Virus record (IMG/VR): IMGVR_UViG_3300028797_000094
Coordinates: 1-38,523 of that record
From: a virus
Lineage: Duplodnaviria > Heunggongvirae > Uroviricota > Caudoviricetes
Reading direction: 5' to 3' (one strand)
DNA: 38,523 nucleotides
The notes under the pieces were generated by a model, which saw only the letters and a program-made list of their open reading frames with translations, was not told where the DNA came from and made no database searches. Shown one piece after another: positions 1 through 9,683 of the stretch. The first letter of the stretch is position 1; every line of letters begins with the position of its first letter. The position numbers and the translations under genes were made by a program.

Positions 1-1
1 A

Positions 2-619
2 GAAGATTTATTTGTAGGTCATGCAGATATAGTACTATCACATAATACTATTGCAGGAATTCAAATGGGTCAAATTATAACTACACTTGGTTTTGAAATG
101 GATGAAATCTTAGCTAAATCAACTTTATTTATTAATGGTCATTTACATAATGGTTCTTGGGTTAAAAAAGATAGAATTTTAAATATTGGTAATTTAACTG
201 GTTTTAACTTTTCTGAAGATGCAACTAAATATTCTCATAATGTAATTATTTTAGATACTAATACTTTAAACTTAGAATTTATTGAAAATCCTTATGCTTA
301 TAATTTCTATAAACTTGAAATACATTCAGAAAAAGATTTAGAACAATTATATAAGTTAAAAAAGAATGCAGTATTACAAATTAAATGTGATGAACAATAT
401 TTAGATGATTTAAAGCAAATTTTAGCAGATGAAATTAATGAAATTGTAAATTCTCGTGTTATTACAATTTATCAAAAGAATGAACAAACTGTAAATGATG
501 AAGAAAAAATTGATTTAAATGCAAACCCAATTGAAAAGTTTATTGAGTTATGTAAAACTAAATTCACAGATAGTAGAATTTTAGATGAAGAATTGGCTGA
601 AATTTGTAAACAAGGATAA
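2..619 (+). CDS. SbcD/Mre11/T4 gp47-like metallophosphoesterase nuclease (5'-partial)
   Basis: Frame is open from base 2 (EDLFVGHADIVLSHNTIAGIQM...). Phosphoesterase motifs VLSH and FINGHLH are followed by NIGNLTGFNFSED. Lies just upstream of an SbcC-like ATPase. Confidence 0.8.
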   Translation, partial: EDLFVGHADIVLSHNTIAGIQMGQIITTLGFEMDEILAKSTLFINGHLHNGSWVKKDRILNIGNLTGFNFSEDATKYSHNVIILDTNTLNLEFIENPYAYNFYKLEIHSEKDLEQLYKLKKNAVLQIKCDEQYLDDLKQILADEINEIVNSRVITIYQKNEQTVNDEEKIDLNANPIEKFIELCKTKFTDSRILDEELAEICKQG

Positions 620-622
620 TAT

Positions 623-916
623 ATGGAAGAACGTAATCTTAGTAAATGCTGCAATTTACAATATCAAACACAATATACACAACAAGTAGTAATAAATGGA
701 GTTCCACAAAATTCAGGGGAAGTGCAAGTACCAATCTTAACTTGCCCAAGTTGTGGACATGTTATAGTACAATTTAATCCAGGAACTACTATGGAACAAG
801 TTTTTGCTACTTGCGAAAATGAGATTTCTCATCAAATAAATTATTGTGTAAAATGTGGTCAAAAAGTAAATTTTCCACAAATGATAACTATTGCAGTAGA
901 AAATACGCAGGAGTAA
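623..916 (+). CDS. Small Zn-ribbon hypothetical protein
   Basis: CPSCG and YCVKCG cysteine pairs; AAGGA RBS upstream. Confidence 0.6.
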   Translation: MEERNLSKCCNLQYQTQYTQQVVINGVPQNSGEVQVPILTCPSCGHVIVQFNPGTTMEQVFATCENEISHQINYCVKCGQKVNFPQMITIAVENTQE

Positions 917-944
917 AATATTTTCAAAAATATTGTATAATAAT

Positions 945-1370
945 ATGTTAAAAGATAATAAAAAGGCTTGTAAAAAGCTATATAAATATTATAAAAAAGA
1001 GTTTGAAGATTGTAAAAAATGTATGTTAGAATTCAGACCAAATTTTTTATTTGGACTTGAAACTTTAATGCTTTATTTACAATATATGCAAGACACAATT
1101 GTCTTAACAAAATCAATAAAAGAAGACGATGAAGAAATGAATAGTACAACATTTACAACTATTGGTGCTGTATTAATGTGCTATTCAAAATATAAACAAT
1201 GTATTTTAGAAGGTACAACTATTATAAATGATAAATCTTTACCTGAAGAAGAAAGGACTAAGTTGTATAATGCTGTGCTTAAACAGGCAAAGTTAAATTG
1301 GAATACATTGTGGAATACTGTTTCAATCGCAATGGAAGGTTGGTACGTAAATGAATGTTTTATGAAATAA
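945..1370 (+). CDS. Hypothetical protein
   Basis: Open frame (TTG 933 or ATG 945 start) fills the gap between genes. Start is uncertain. Confidence 0.55.
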   Translation: MLKDNKKACKKLYKYYKKEFEDCKKCMLEFRPNFLFGLETLMLYLQYMQDTIVLTKSIKEDDEEMNSTTFTTIGAVLMCYSKYKQCILEGTTIINDKSLPEEERTKLYNAVLKQAKLNWNTLWNTVSIAMEGWYVNECFMK

Positions 1371-3267
1371 AGTAATTTTACATAACTTTGGTAGTTATAA
1401 TCATGCTGAAGTTGATTTACTAGACAAAGGTTTTTGTTCTGTTGTTGGTGAAAATAATTATAAAAAAGATAATGCTTTATCAAATGGTTCTGGAAAATCT
1501 TTTCTTTGGTCTGCATTATGTTATACTATAACAGGTGAAACAATTCAAGGACTTAGGAAGAATTTAAAGAACTTAAATAATTCTGATGATAATACAGGTT
1601 ATACTGCTGTTGATATTACAGTTGATAATGATCACTATGTAATCACAAGATACTTTGCTCCAAAATCAAATTTAACTATTGTTAAGAATGATGTTGATTT
1701 AAGTGGTAAAACATTTACAGAAAGTGAAAAGATTTTAGGTGAACAATTACCGGCATTAACAAAAGAATTAATTTCATCAACTGCAATTCTTGGTCAAGGT
1801 TTGCCAACTAAGTTTTCAAGCTTAAAACCTTCTGGTCGTAAAGATTTACTTGAAAAATTAACTAATTCAGACTTTATGATTGAAGACGTTAAGAATAGAA
1901 TTTCGGCAAGACAAGAAGTAATCTTAGGTCATATTAGAACTATTGATGATGCATTATTAGTTGCAAATACTAAATTATCTACAACAAATAATCAACTTGA
2001 TCAAGTTTTAAAAGATATTCAAAATTTCCAAAGACCTGATTATAATAAGTTAATTTCTGACACTGAAAAAGATTTAATAAATTGTAATACAGAATTAGCT
2101 GAAGTAAATGCAAATATCAAAACAAATGATAGTTATTTAGAACAAGCAAATAATGATTTATTAAAATTTACTAATGAAAAGAGTACTGAAGTTATTAATG
2201 TAACAAATAAGTTTAATAATGACTTAAATCAAAAAGCTGGTGAAAAACAAAAAATCTTACTTGATATAAATACTATTTCTGGTGAATGCACAGCTTTACA
2301 AAATGAAATTCGTAGATTAAAATCTATCACTGATATTTGTCCAACTTGTGGCCAAAAAATTCCTGGCAAAGAAAAGCCAAGCACTACATTACAAGAAGAG
2401 CAATTACAAAGTAAAATAAACGCTAAAGCTGCTTTAAATGAACAATTAACTAAAGTTCAAAATGAAGCAACAATTATTCAAGAAAGTTTGGAAGCTGAGA
2501 AAAAAGTAGTTAATGATAGATATGATGCTGCTATTAATCAAATTAAAATTCAACAAGTAGATTTAAAGAATTTTGCAACTCAACAACAAACAAGATTAAA
2601 TACTTTAAATCAAAGAATTCAAAATTTAAATACTGGCTTAGCAAAATTAAAATATGAAAAAGATCATAATGAGCAAGCATTTACTAATTTACAAAATTCA
2701 AAAGGTGCACTTGAAACTGAAACTAAGCGTTTAACAAAAGTTATTGAAGATGAAACTGCTAAAAAAGAAGAAGCAACTGCACACTTAGATATAATTAGAA
2801 AAATGGATGCTTTAGCTAAACGTGATTTTAGAGGATATCTATTATTAAATATTATTGAATATCTAAATAAGAAAGCAAAAGAATATAGCCAAGTTGTTTT
2901 TGGAACAGATGAATTAAATATTTATTTAGATGGAAATGATTTAAATATTTCTTATTGTAATAAACTATTAGATAATTTATCTGGTGGTGAAAGACAACGT
3001 GTAGATTTAATTGTTCAATTTGCTTTAAGAGACTTATTAAGTACGCAATCAAATTATAGTTCTAACATTTTAGTTCTTGATGAAATTTTTGACAACTTAG
3101 ATAGAGTTGCAACAGAAAATATTTTAAATTTAATTACAACAAAACTTTGTGATATTGAATCAGTATTTATTATTTCACATCATGCTGACGAATTAGAGTT
3201 AAGCTATGATTCTGAATTAAAAGTAGTTAAAAATTCTGATGGTATCAGTGAAGTATTTGCAATATAG
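1351..3267 (+). CDS. SbcC/Rad50/T4 gp46-like SMC-family ATPase (638 aa with TGA=W)
   Basis: ATG1351 gives MNVL(W=TGA 1363)NKVILHNFGSY. Contains Walker A SNGSGKS, long coiled coil, zinc hook CPTC, signature LSGGERQR, Walker B LVLDE and H-loop IISHH. Confidence 0.92.
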
Positions 3268-3277
3268 GAGACTTAGT

Positions 3278-4102
3278 ATGCTTTGAAGAAAACCTGCTGA
3301 CATGAAATACACTGACATGTGTATTTATATTGATGAGAATATTCCAAAAATTGGTGGTGAACCTGGAGCTTATCCAGATATAGAAGATACAGTATATAAT
3401 TATTTATACTTACTAACAAAAGCTTTAAGTATTAAAAAGCGTATGATCCAAAATTTTGAAGATTATGATGGTTATGCTTTATACGCCGCAACAAGATTAT
3501 TTGTAGCAATTCAAAAGAATTATCAAAATCAAGGCAAGACAATTAAAGGTAAAGTAATTAGACCGATTAAATCTTGTCTAAATTATACAAAAGCTCTATT
3601 ATATCCAATGAAAGTTGAATATATGAGAGAAACTTTTGCACAAGTAATTTCTGAAGAATTTGCTTCTAAACAATTTGATGCATATACATTTAAAGAAAAG
3701 CTTAAAGAACAGGCAGCTGAAGCCCAATCAAATATATCATTGCAAATAGATATCACTGATACTATTAAGAGCATTCCTTATTATATTGAAAAGACTTTAG
3801 CTAGCTCACCATTTCATAAAAATTCACCTGAATGAAAAAAGCTTAAAATAACAATCTTATTAAATTTCTTACATGGAATAAATACAACTGGTAGTATTGA
3901 TTGAAATCCTGTAACAGTTTTACTCTGAAAATTACCAAAATCTTTAATTGGTTATGTTAAAATTCTATTAACTGAATTCTATACTTTATTTAAAACAGAA
4001 ATGATGGATTGTTTTACAAATAATCAAATGAGTGATGAAATGTTAGAAAAACTTATTTCTTCACCAGATGGTATGTATAAGGAAGATTATGAAAACGACT
4101 AG
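3278..4102 (+). CDS. Hypothetical protein, possibly a divergent sigma-factor-like (gp55-type) regulator (274 aa, 4 TGA)
   Basis: GGAG RBS, then ML(W)RKPADMKYTD..., read through TGA 3833 to TAG 4100-4102. The helical pattern EDTVYNYLYLLTKALSIKK...DGYALYAATRLF...SCLNYTKALLYPMKVEY loosely recalls sigma region 2. The ORF is solid; the function is speculative. Confidence 0.35.
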
Positions 4103-4487
4103 TATTAATGATAGTATAAATTCCTTACATTTATCTGACATATATTCATTAATGTTATTCATTTTGTATAAAGTGCAGGAAATACCAGATTATGCAGTTT
4201 TAAGTGAATTATGTTATTTATGTGATGGAAATAATTTAACAAGAATTTTAACTTATTTTGCAGGTAAAACAGTTAAGTTTCCAACAGAAGCTGAAATGTC
4301 TGTTTTAACAAATGCTTTATTGCTTTATCAATATGTAAATATTGAACACAATGCTTTTGTAGAAGCTCAAGCAAAACTTGAAAATGTTACACCAAAGCAA
4401 CGTGAAAAGATTACTGAGCTTTACTTAAAGATCCTACCAATTATGGCAAATTATAATATTGATAGGAGTAATATGAAGCATGAGTAA
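4089..4487 (+). CDS. Possible Mor/C-family transcription activator-like protein
   Basis: LSELCYLCDGNNLTRILTYFAGKTVKFP resembles the Mor-family 'a..l...fGG..iyiP' segment. AAGGAAG lies upstream of ATG 4089. Confidence 0.45.
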   Translation: MKTTSINDSINSLHLSDIYSLMLFILYKVQEIPDYAVLSELCYLCDGNNLTRILTYFAGKTVKFPTEAEMSVLTNALLLYQYVNIEHNAFVEAQAKLENVTPKQREKITELYLKILPIMANYNIDRSNMKHE

Positions 4488-4695
4488 ATTTGATGAAGCA
4501 TCAAGAACTTTTGAAACAAGATTATTATTTATAAAAGAATTATTTACTAATAAATATTCACAAACGGATATTATGGCACATTGTATTCAGCATAAGTTAG
4601 ATGAATCATTAAAAAAATATATTAATGAATTAGAAAAACATATGTGAAATTTAGATGGCAAAGATCCAATGGATATTCTAAAGAAAATAGATTAG
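4480..4695 (+). CDS. Hypothetical protein (71 aa, 1 TGA; absent from ORF track)
   Basis: GGAG RBS, MSKFDEASRTFETRLLFIKE...HM(W)NLDGKDPMDILKKID*. Exactly fills the gap to the next gene. Confidence 0.7.
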
Positions 4696-4705
4696 GAGAC
4701 AAATT

Positions 4706-5035
4706 ATGGCATTACAATCAAATATAATTACTGATATTAGTTCTGCTACAAAAATTCCAGTAAAGGTTTTAAATTCAATTAGTACAAAAGAAGTTCTTTG
4801 TATTGGTAGTGCAATTCATGATGCTATTGAAGCAAAAGAAGATGTAGCACTTTTAAATATTGGAATTGGAACATTAAGTGTAAATATTGCAGACGGTCAA
4901 TGTAAGTTTATTCCAAGTCAAGAATTAAAGAGTACAATTAAAAAGTGTATTAATAATAAAATTGACCCGCTTGAAGAAACTTTAGAACAAGAAATTATTG
5001 ATAAGCTATTAAAGACATACGAAGAGGTATTCTAG
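4706..5035 (+). CDS. Hypothetical protein
   Basis: AGGAG RBS; tightly coupled to its neighbours. Confidence 0.7.
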   Translation: MALQSNIITDISSATKIPVKVLNSISTKEVLCIGSAIHDAIEAKEDVALLNIGIGTLSVNIADGQCKFIPSQELKSTIKKCINNKIDPLEETLEQEIIDKLLKTYEEVF

Positions 5036-5036
5036 T

Positions 5037-5591
5037 ATGGTTGATGAAGAATTAAAAGATATTGCAGCTCAAACACCAACTGAAGATGAAGCAAGAGTAC
5101 CTGCTTTAAAAATGGTAGAACTTGATGCTGAAGCTAAAGATCTTTTAAACCAACTTATTGTTGAAACTGATGTTAATAAAACAAAAGATTTAACTAATCT
5201 TTTTAATCAAAATCAAAATAAGAAAACAATGGTCAGAGTTGATAAGTTAAGCCAATTAATGGATACTTTAACTGATCAAGCAATTAAAAGATATCAAGAA
5301 CGCCCAGATGAAATTTCAAATCAAGAACTTTTCCTTGGCTTAAAGACTATTCAAGATATTATTGAAAAATCTCGTAGACAAGTTATGGGAGCAGATGAAA
5401 AACCACTTATTCAAATTAATCAACAAAATAATGATTTTTCAGGAACTCAAACACAAACTAAAGAATCAAGGGAACGTGTTATGGCTGCAGTAAATAGTAT
5501 TTTAAAAGGTATTATGCCTGAAAATGCACCAATTTATACAACACCAACTGTTGATGCTGATGAGGAGAAAGATGATGACCAACAAGATTAA
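5037..5591 (+). CDS. Hypothetical helical protein, possibly terminase small subunit
   Basis: Two long amphipathic helices followed by a short PLIQINQQNN strand, an architecture seen in TerS proteins. No diagnostic motif. Confidence 0.3.
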   Translation: MVDEELKDIAAQTPTEDEARVPALKMVELDAEAKDLLNQLIVETDVNKTKDLTNLFNQNQNKKTMVRVDKLSQLMDTLTDQAIKRYQERPDEISNQELFLGLKTIQDIIEKSRRQVMGADEKPLIQINQQNNDFSGTQTQTKESRERVMAAVNSILKGIMPENAPIYTTPTVDADEEKDDDQQD

Positions 5592-5871
5592 AGAAGTTTT
5601 AAAAAAGTTAAAAATTGATAAAACAGGAAATTATGAAAATCATTTTTATATTGTTTATTTAGACAATAGTAATGATTATGCAAAAGCTTATACTCAATTA
5701 GAAGATAATGCAATTAATACTGAATATCCAAACTTTGAAACAAATACAAGCGGAACAACTACTAAAGTTATCAATTATTTTGAATTAGACTTAGATAATA
5801 TTATTTATAATATATTCTTAATTGCTGATTTTAATAATGATAAGTATTATATTAAAATTGGAGAAAAATAA
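5572..5871 (+). CDS. Hypothetical protein
   Basis: GAGGAG RBS before ATG 5572; the stop overlaps the next start (TAATG). Confidence 0.7.
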   Translation: MMTNKIKEVLKKLKIDKTGNYENHFYIVYLDNSNDYAKAYTQLEDNAINTEYPNFETNTSGTTTKVINYFELDLDNIIYNIFLIADFNNDKYYIKIGEK

Positions 5872-6242
5872 TGAGCTTAACTGTTGATTATGCAGTGGAA
5901 AGAACTTTTACACAAACTTTAGAAATTGATGATCAAGGTAATACTTGTATAAAAGCTACTGGTCTTGTTAATGGTCTTGGTGAAGCAGATTTCTATATGT
6001 TTATTAGAACAATTGCTGGTGCAGTAACAACTTTAACAGTTGGCCCAATTACACCAGACTTTGCAATTTTAGTAAATGGTTTTAAGGTAGAAGCTAAGCA
6101 ATTTAAATATAATGAAAAACGAATTAAAAAAGAAATTAATACTTTTTTAAATGGTAATAATATTGAAAATGCTTATGAAATTTCAGTTAATGAAGGTATA
6201 GAAAATTTTCCAAATATTGTTGATATGTTTGAAAATTTATAG
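5871..6242 (+). CDS. Hypothetical protein
   Basis: GGAG RBS; translationally coupled to the previous gene. Confidence 0.7.
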   Translation: MSLTVDYAVERTFTQTLEIDDQGNTCIKATGLVNGLGEADFYMFIRTIAGAVTTLTVGPITPDFAILVNGFKVEAKQFKYNEKRIKKEINTFLNGNNIENAYEISVNEGIENFPNIVDMFENL

Positions 6243-6251
6243 GAGTTATTT

Positions 6252-6617
6252 ATGGCAGTAAAAGATGTACAAGAATATTATTATAGTGTATTAGAACAAT
6301 ATTTAGCGGCTAAAGATGATTTAAAAGATTTTGAAAAAGGCTTAGCTGATGGCTTTGTAACTGAAGAACAGGTACAAGAATTAGCTGAAGAGCTTGCTAA
6401 TATTGAACAAAATAAAGAACGACTTGAATATATTTTCTTCTTATTAAATATGCCAAATCGTAAAAATAAAAAGCCTAAATATACACTACAGCAACAAAAA
6501 CTTTTAAATAGATTAAATAAACACAATAATGATGGTGAAGCTGTTTTGGCTGAAAATGAACAAGCTATCACAAATATGAAAAATAAAATTTCTAATTTGC
6601 AAAATGAACAGCATTAA
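6252..6617 (+). CDS. Hypothetical coiled-coil protein
   Basis: AGGAG RBS; followed by a terminator-like hairpin. Confidence 0.7.
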   Translation: MAVKDVQEYYYSVLEQYLAAKDDLKDFEKGLADGFVTEEQVQELAEELANIEQNKERLEYIFFLLNMPNRKNKKPKYTLQQQKLLNRLNKHNNDGEAVLAENEQAITNMKNKISNLQNEQH

Positions 6618-6633
6618 GCTGTTTATTTTTTTT
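6607..6633 (+). terminator. Putative intrinsic terminator
   Basis: AACAGC-attaa-GCTGTT stem followed by a T-run. Confidence 0.5.
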
Positions 6634-6667
6634 AATTTAATAATTTATTAAAATATTAAAAAAATAA

Positions 6668-6679
6668 TTTGCTAAATTA
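6668..6679 (+). promoter_or_regulatory. TTTGCTAAATTA motif copy 1 (putative phage promoter)
   Basis: Intergenic, after a terminator, about 20 nt before ATG 6700. Confidence 0.7.
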
Positions 6680-6699
6680 ATAGTAAAGGAGCTGATTAT

Positions 6700-7428
6700 A
6701 TGATTATAACAGATTTAAATTTATTACAAACTCCAGCTGAACCTCTTGAGTTTTTAACTGAAGCTGGCACACAACGTGAAGAGGGTGAAGAAATAATTGC
6801 AAAATTAAAAGCAGCAATGGAAGAAGAAAAATTAGTCGTTCTTACTGCACCTCAAATTGGAATTAATAAACGTATTTTTTGTATTAGATTTGCAGACCAA
6901 ATTAAAGCATTTATTAATCCAATTATTACTAAAAAAACTGGTAGCATTATCGGCCCAGAAACATTTAATTCACTTCCTGGTAAAGAAATCTTAATTGCAA
7001 GACCAGAAGAAATTAGAGCTGTTTATTACACAGATGATTTTAAATATGAAGATAATAAATTTTTAAAAACAGCTGCAAGATTATTTGATCAACAATGTCA
7101 AGTATTAGATGGAATTTTACCAAATGAATTAGGTTTAGTTTCAGACATTGAAGAAGATGGTTCTTTATGGGATTTAACAGATGATGAATTTAAACAAGTA
7201 GTTGATGTTTATAAAGAATTTGTTAAAACTAAAACTAAAGCTTTTAATGAAGCAATTTCTGAAGCTGAACAAGGAGCTTATAAAAATCTTAAGTTCACTG
7301 AAGACGTTATTAATGGTCGTACTGAAGTACATGAAGACCCAAGAAGAATTAGAGAGCAACAAAATAAAATTACTCAAGCTCAAAATAAAGAAACATTTAA
7401 TAACTTTTTAAGAAAGAAGAAAAAATAA
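6700..7428 (+). CDS. Peptide deformylase-fold protein, catalytically degenerate
   Basis: LTAPQIGINKRIF, FINPII and ARLFDQQCQVLDGIL align to PDF motifs, but EGCLS has become ETFNS and HExxH is lost. Confidence 0.8.
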   Translation: MIITDLNLLQTPAEPLEFLTEAGTQREEGEEIIAKLKAAMEEEKLVVLTAPQIGINKRIFCIRFADQIKAFINPIITKKTGSIIGPETFNSLPGKEILIARPEEIRAVYYTDDFKYEDNKFLKTAARLFDQQCQVLDGILPNELGLVSDIEEDGSLWDLTDDEFKQVVDVYKEFVKTKTKAFNEAISEAEQGAYKNLKFTEDVINGRTEVHEDPRRIREQQNKITQAQNKETFNNFLRKKKK

Positions 7429-7643
7429 TGCCAAATAAAGAAGAAATTATTAAAGATTTTTATGGACGTTTTTTAGGAATAATTGAAACATGTCCAAATG
7501 GGGACCAAATTGCAAGAGTTTGGTCAAGTAGACAAATTGTTGGTTTTTATCGTAAACAGTATGACCATACTACTGATTTTTATGGTAGAGTTGTTTCACA
7601 GGGAAATACTGTTATTTCATTGATTTACAAGAATTTAAAATAA
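7428..7643 (+). CDS. Hypothetical protein
   Basis: Coupled start (TAATG); internal repeat DFYGR occurs twice. Confidence 0.65.
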   Translation: MPNKEEIIKDFYGRFLGIIETCPNGDQIARVWSSRQIVGFYRKQYDHTTDFYGRVVSQGNTVISLIYKNLK

Positions 7644-7656
7644 GGAGATAAGAAAG

Positions 7657-7833
7657 ATGCCAAAAACAAAAATTATTAGTTTAGAAATTCCTGACTATTT
7701 AAGACAAGCTCTTAAAAAAGAAGCATTTGATAGAGACTTATCACTTTCTGCATGTATTAGACAACTATTAATTGAAAAGTTAGAAATAGAAGTGCCTGAA
7801 CAGGAGAAAGAAGATGGCAAAGAAACTGAATAA
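7657..7833 (+). CDS. Ribbon-helix-helix (CopG/Arc-like) DNA-binding protein (58 aa; absent from ORF track)
   Basis: AAGGAG RBS. MPKTKIISLEIPDYLRQALKKEAFDRDLSLSACIRQLLIEKL has the alternating beta strand plus two helices of RHH proteins. Confidence 0.75.
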   Translation: MPKTKIISLEIPDYLRQALKKEAFDRDLSLSACIRQLLIEKLEIEVPEQEKEDGKETE

Positions 7834-9628
7834 AACAGATAGAATGCTTGTTATTGTAGAAAGCCCAACTAAAGCAAAAAAGATTACTAAGATTTTAGAT
7901 GATGCTGGCTATAAAGTAATGGTTATGGCAAGTAAAGGTCATATAATGACACTTGCTGATAAACGAACAAGCTACAAAAATTCTGGTGTTTTTCCTGAAA
8001 ATGATTTTGATTTAAATTTACAAATAGATGAAGATCATTATCAAATAGTTCAAAATTTAAAAGAACAGGCTGACCGTGCATCTAAAGTTGTTATCTTCTC
8101 AGACGCTGACCGTGAAGGAGAATTAATTGGTTGGTCATTAGTTAAATTTTTGAAATTAAAGCCAGAATTATACTATAGAGCTTATGCTCATGAGATTACA
8201 CCTAAAGCAGTTGTACAAGCTATTGATAATGCCTTAGAATTAGACCAAAATTTAGTCCAGGCCGCATTAACAAGACTTTCTATAGATAAATTAATAGGCT
8301 ATGCTTTATCACCGATAGCGAGAAATTATTTAGGTGCAAGATCTGTTGGTCGCTGTCAATCTATTGGCTTAAAAGTAATTGTTGACCGTGAAAAAGAAAT
8401 TCAAAATTTTATTCCAGAAATTTATTTTGAACTATTTTTAAACTTCAGTAAAAACAATGTTCCTTTTAAAGCTAAGTATGACAGTGAAAGAATAACTGAA
8501 AAATATAAAATTGATAAAGTTATTGAAGATTGTAAAGGAAATGATTTTGTTATTTCAGATATTAAAAAACGTGAAAAAAAAGAATCACCAAAACCACCTT
8601 TCTGTACTGCAACTTTCCAACAAGAAGCAGCAAGTAAATTAGGAATTGGTGTTAAAGAATCAATGTCAGTTGCACAAAAGTTATTTGAAGATGGTAAAAT
8701 TAGTTATCATAGAACTGATGATACTACACTTGCGCCTGATTTTATTACTGAATTAACAAATTATGTTAAAACAAATTATGGAACTGTAGTTGCTCCACGA
8801 GTTGGCAAATCTGATGCTTTAGCTCAAAATGGTCATGAAGCAATTAGAATTACTGACCCAGCTTTAACTCCAGAATTATTTAATGAACAAAATTCTAATA
8901 ATATTCATCAAAAAGTATATAAACTTATTTGGCAAAGAACTATTGCATGTGTTCTCCCTGATGCAAAATTTTCTGAAACTAAATATGTAATTACTAATAA
9001 TAGTCATAATTTTATAATGGTCTCAAATGAATTAATTGAACCAGGCTTTAAACAAGTATATAATTATGAAAAAGATGATGAAGAAATCATTAAGGAAACT
9101 TTTGATAAAGATGAAGTTTTACAAAACTGTGAATTAAAGATGGAAACTAAATCTACACAACCTCCTGCAAGATTTAATGAAGCAACATTAGTTCAACAAT
9201 TAAAAAATCTTGGAGTTGGTAGACCTTCAACTTATGCAACAATTGTAGATACAGTTGTAAGTCCTTTACGAGGCTATGCAACAGTTGAAGATAAAAAAAT
9301 TAAGCCTACTGATAAAGGAATTCAATTATCAGAATTCTTAGATAGAGCTTTTCCAAATTTAATTAACTTAAATTATACAAAAGAAATGGAAGAAAGTTTA
9401 GATAAAATTGCAGCAGGTAATTTAGATAGATTAACATATTTAAATGAATTTTTCAAAAATTTAGAAGATTCTATTAAGACAAATTCAGAACAATTAGATA
9501 TGCCAGACTCTACAGATATATGCCCAGAATGTGGTGCAAAATTAGTAATTAGAAGAAGCCGCTTTGGTAAATTATTTAAAGGCTGTTCTAATTACCCTAA
9601 CTGTAGACACATTGAGAATATAAACTAA
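7814..9628 (+). CDS. topA: DNA topoisomerase I (type IA)
   Basis: Toprim IVESPTKAKKI, SDADREGE, SVGRCQS, catalytic ISYHRTD, GHEAIRIT, GVGRPSTYA and a C-terminal CPECG...GCSNYPNC Zn ribbon. Confidence 0.97.
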   Translation: MAKKLNKTDRMLVIVESPTKAKKITKILDDAGYKVMVMASKGHIMTLADKRTSYKNSGVFPENDFDLNLQIDEDHYQIVQNLKEQADRASKVVIFSDADREGELIGWSLVKFLKLKPELYYRAYAHEITPKAVVQAIDNALELDQNLVQAALTRLSIDKLIGYALSPIARNYLGARSVGRCQSIGLKVIVDREKEIQNFIPEIYFELFLNFSKNNVPFKAKYDSERITEKYKIDKVIEDCKGNDFVISDIKKREKKESPKPPFCTATFQQEAASKLGIGVKESMSVAQKLFEDGKISYHRTDDTTLAPDFITELTNYVKTNYGTVVAPRVGKSDALAQNGHEAIRITDPALTPELFNEQNSNNIHQKVYKLIWQRTIACVLPDAKFSETKYVITNNSHNFIMVSNELIEPGFKQVYNYEKDDEEIIKETFDKDEVLQNCELKMETKSTQPPARFNEATLVQQLKNLGVGRPSTYATIVDTVVSPLRGYATVEDKKIKPTDKGIQLSEFLDRAFPNLINLNYTKEMEESLDKIAAGNLDRLTYLNEFFKNLEDSIKTNSEQLDMPDSTDICPECGAKLVIRRSRFGKLFKGCSNYPNCRHIENIN

Positions 9629-9633
9629 TTTTA

Positions 9634-9645
9634 TTTGCTAAATTA
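9634..9645 (+). promoter_or_regulatory. TTTGCTAAATTA motif copy 2
   Basis: Intergenic, upstream of ATG 9684. Confidence 0.7.
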
Positions 9646-9683
9646 ATTGATTTGAAAAATCATAAATATAAAAGGAGATATAT

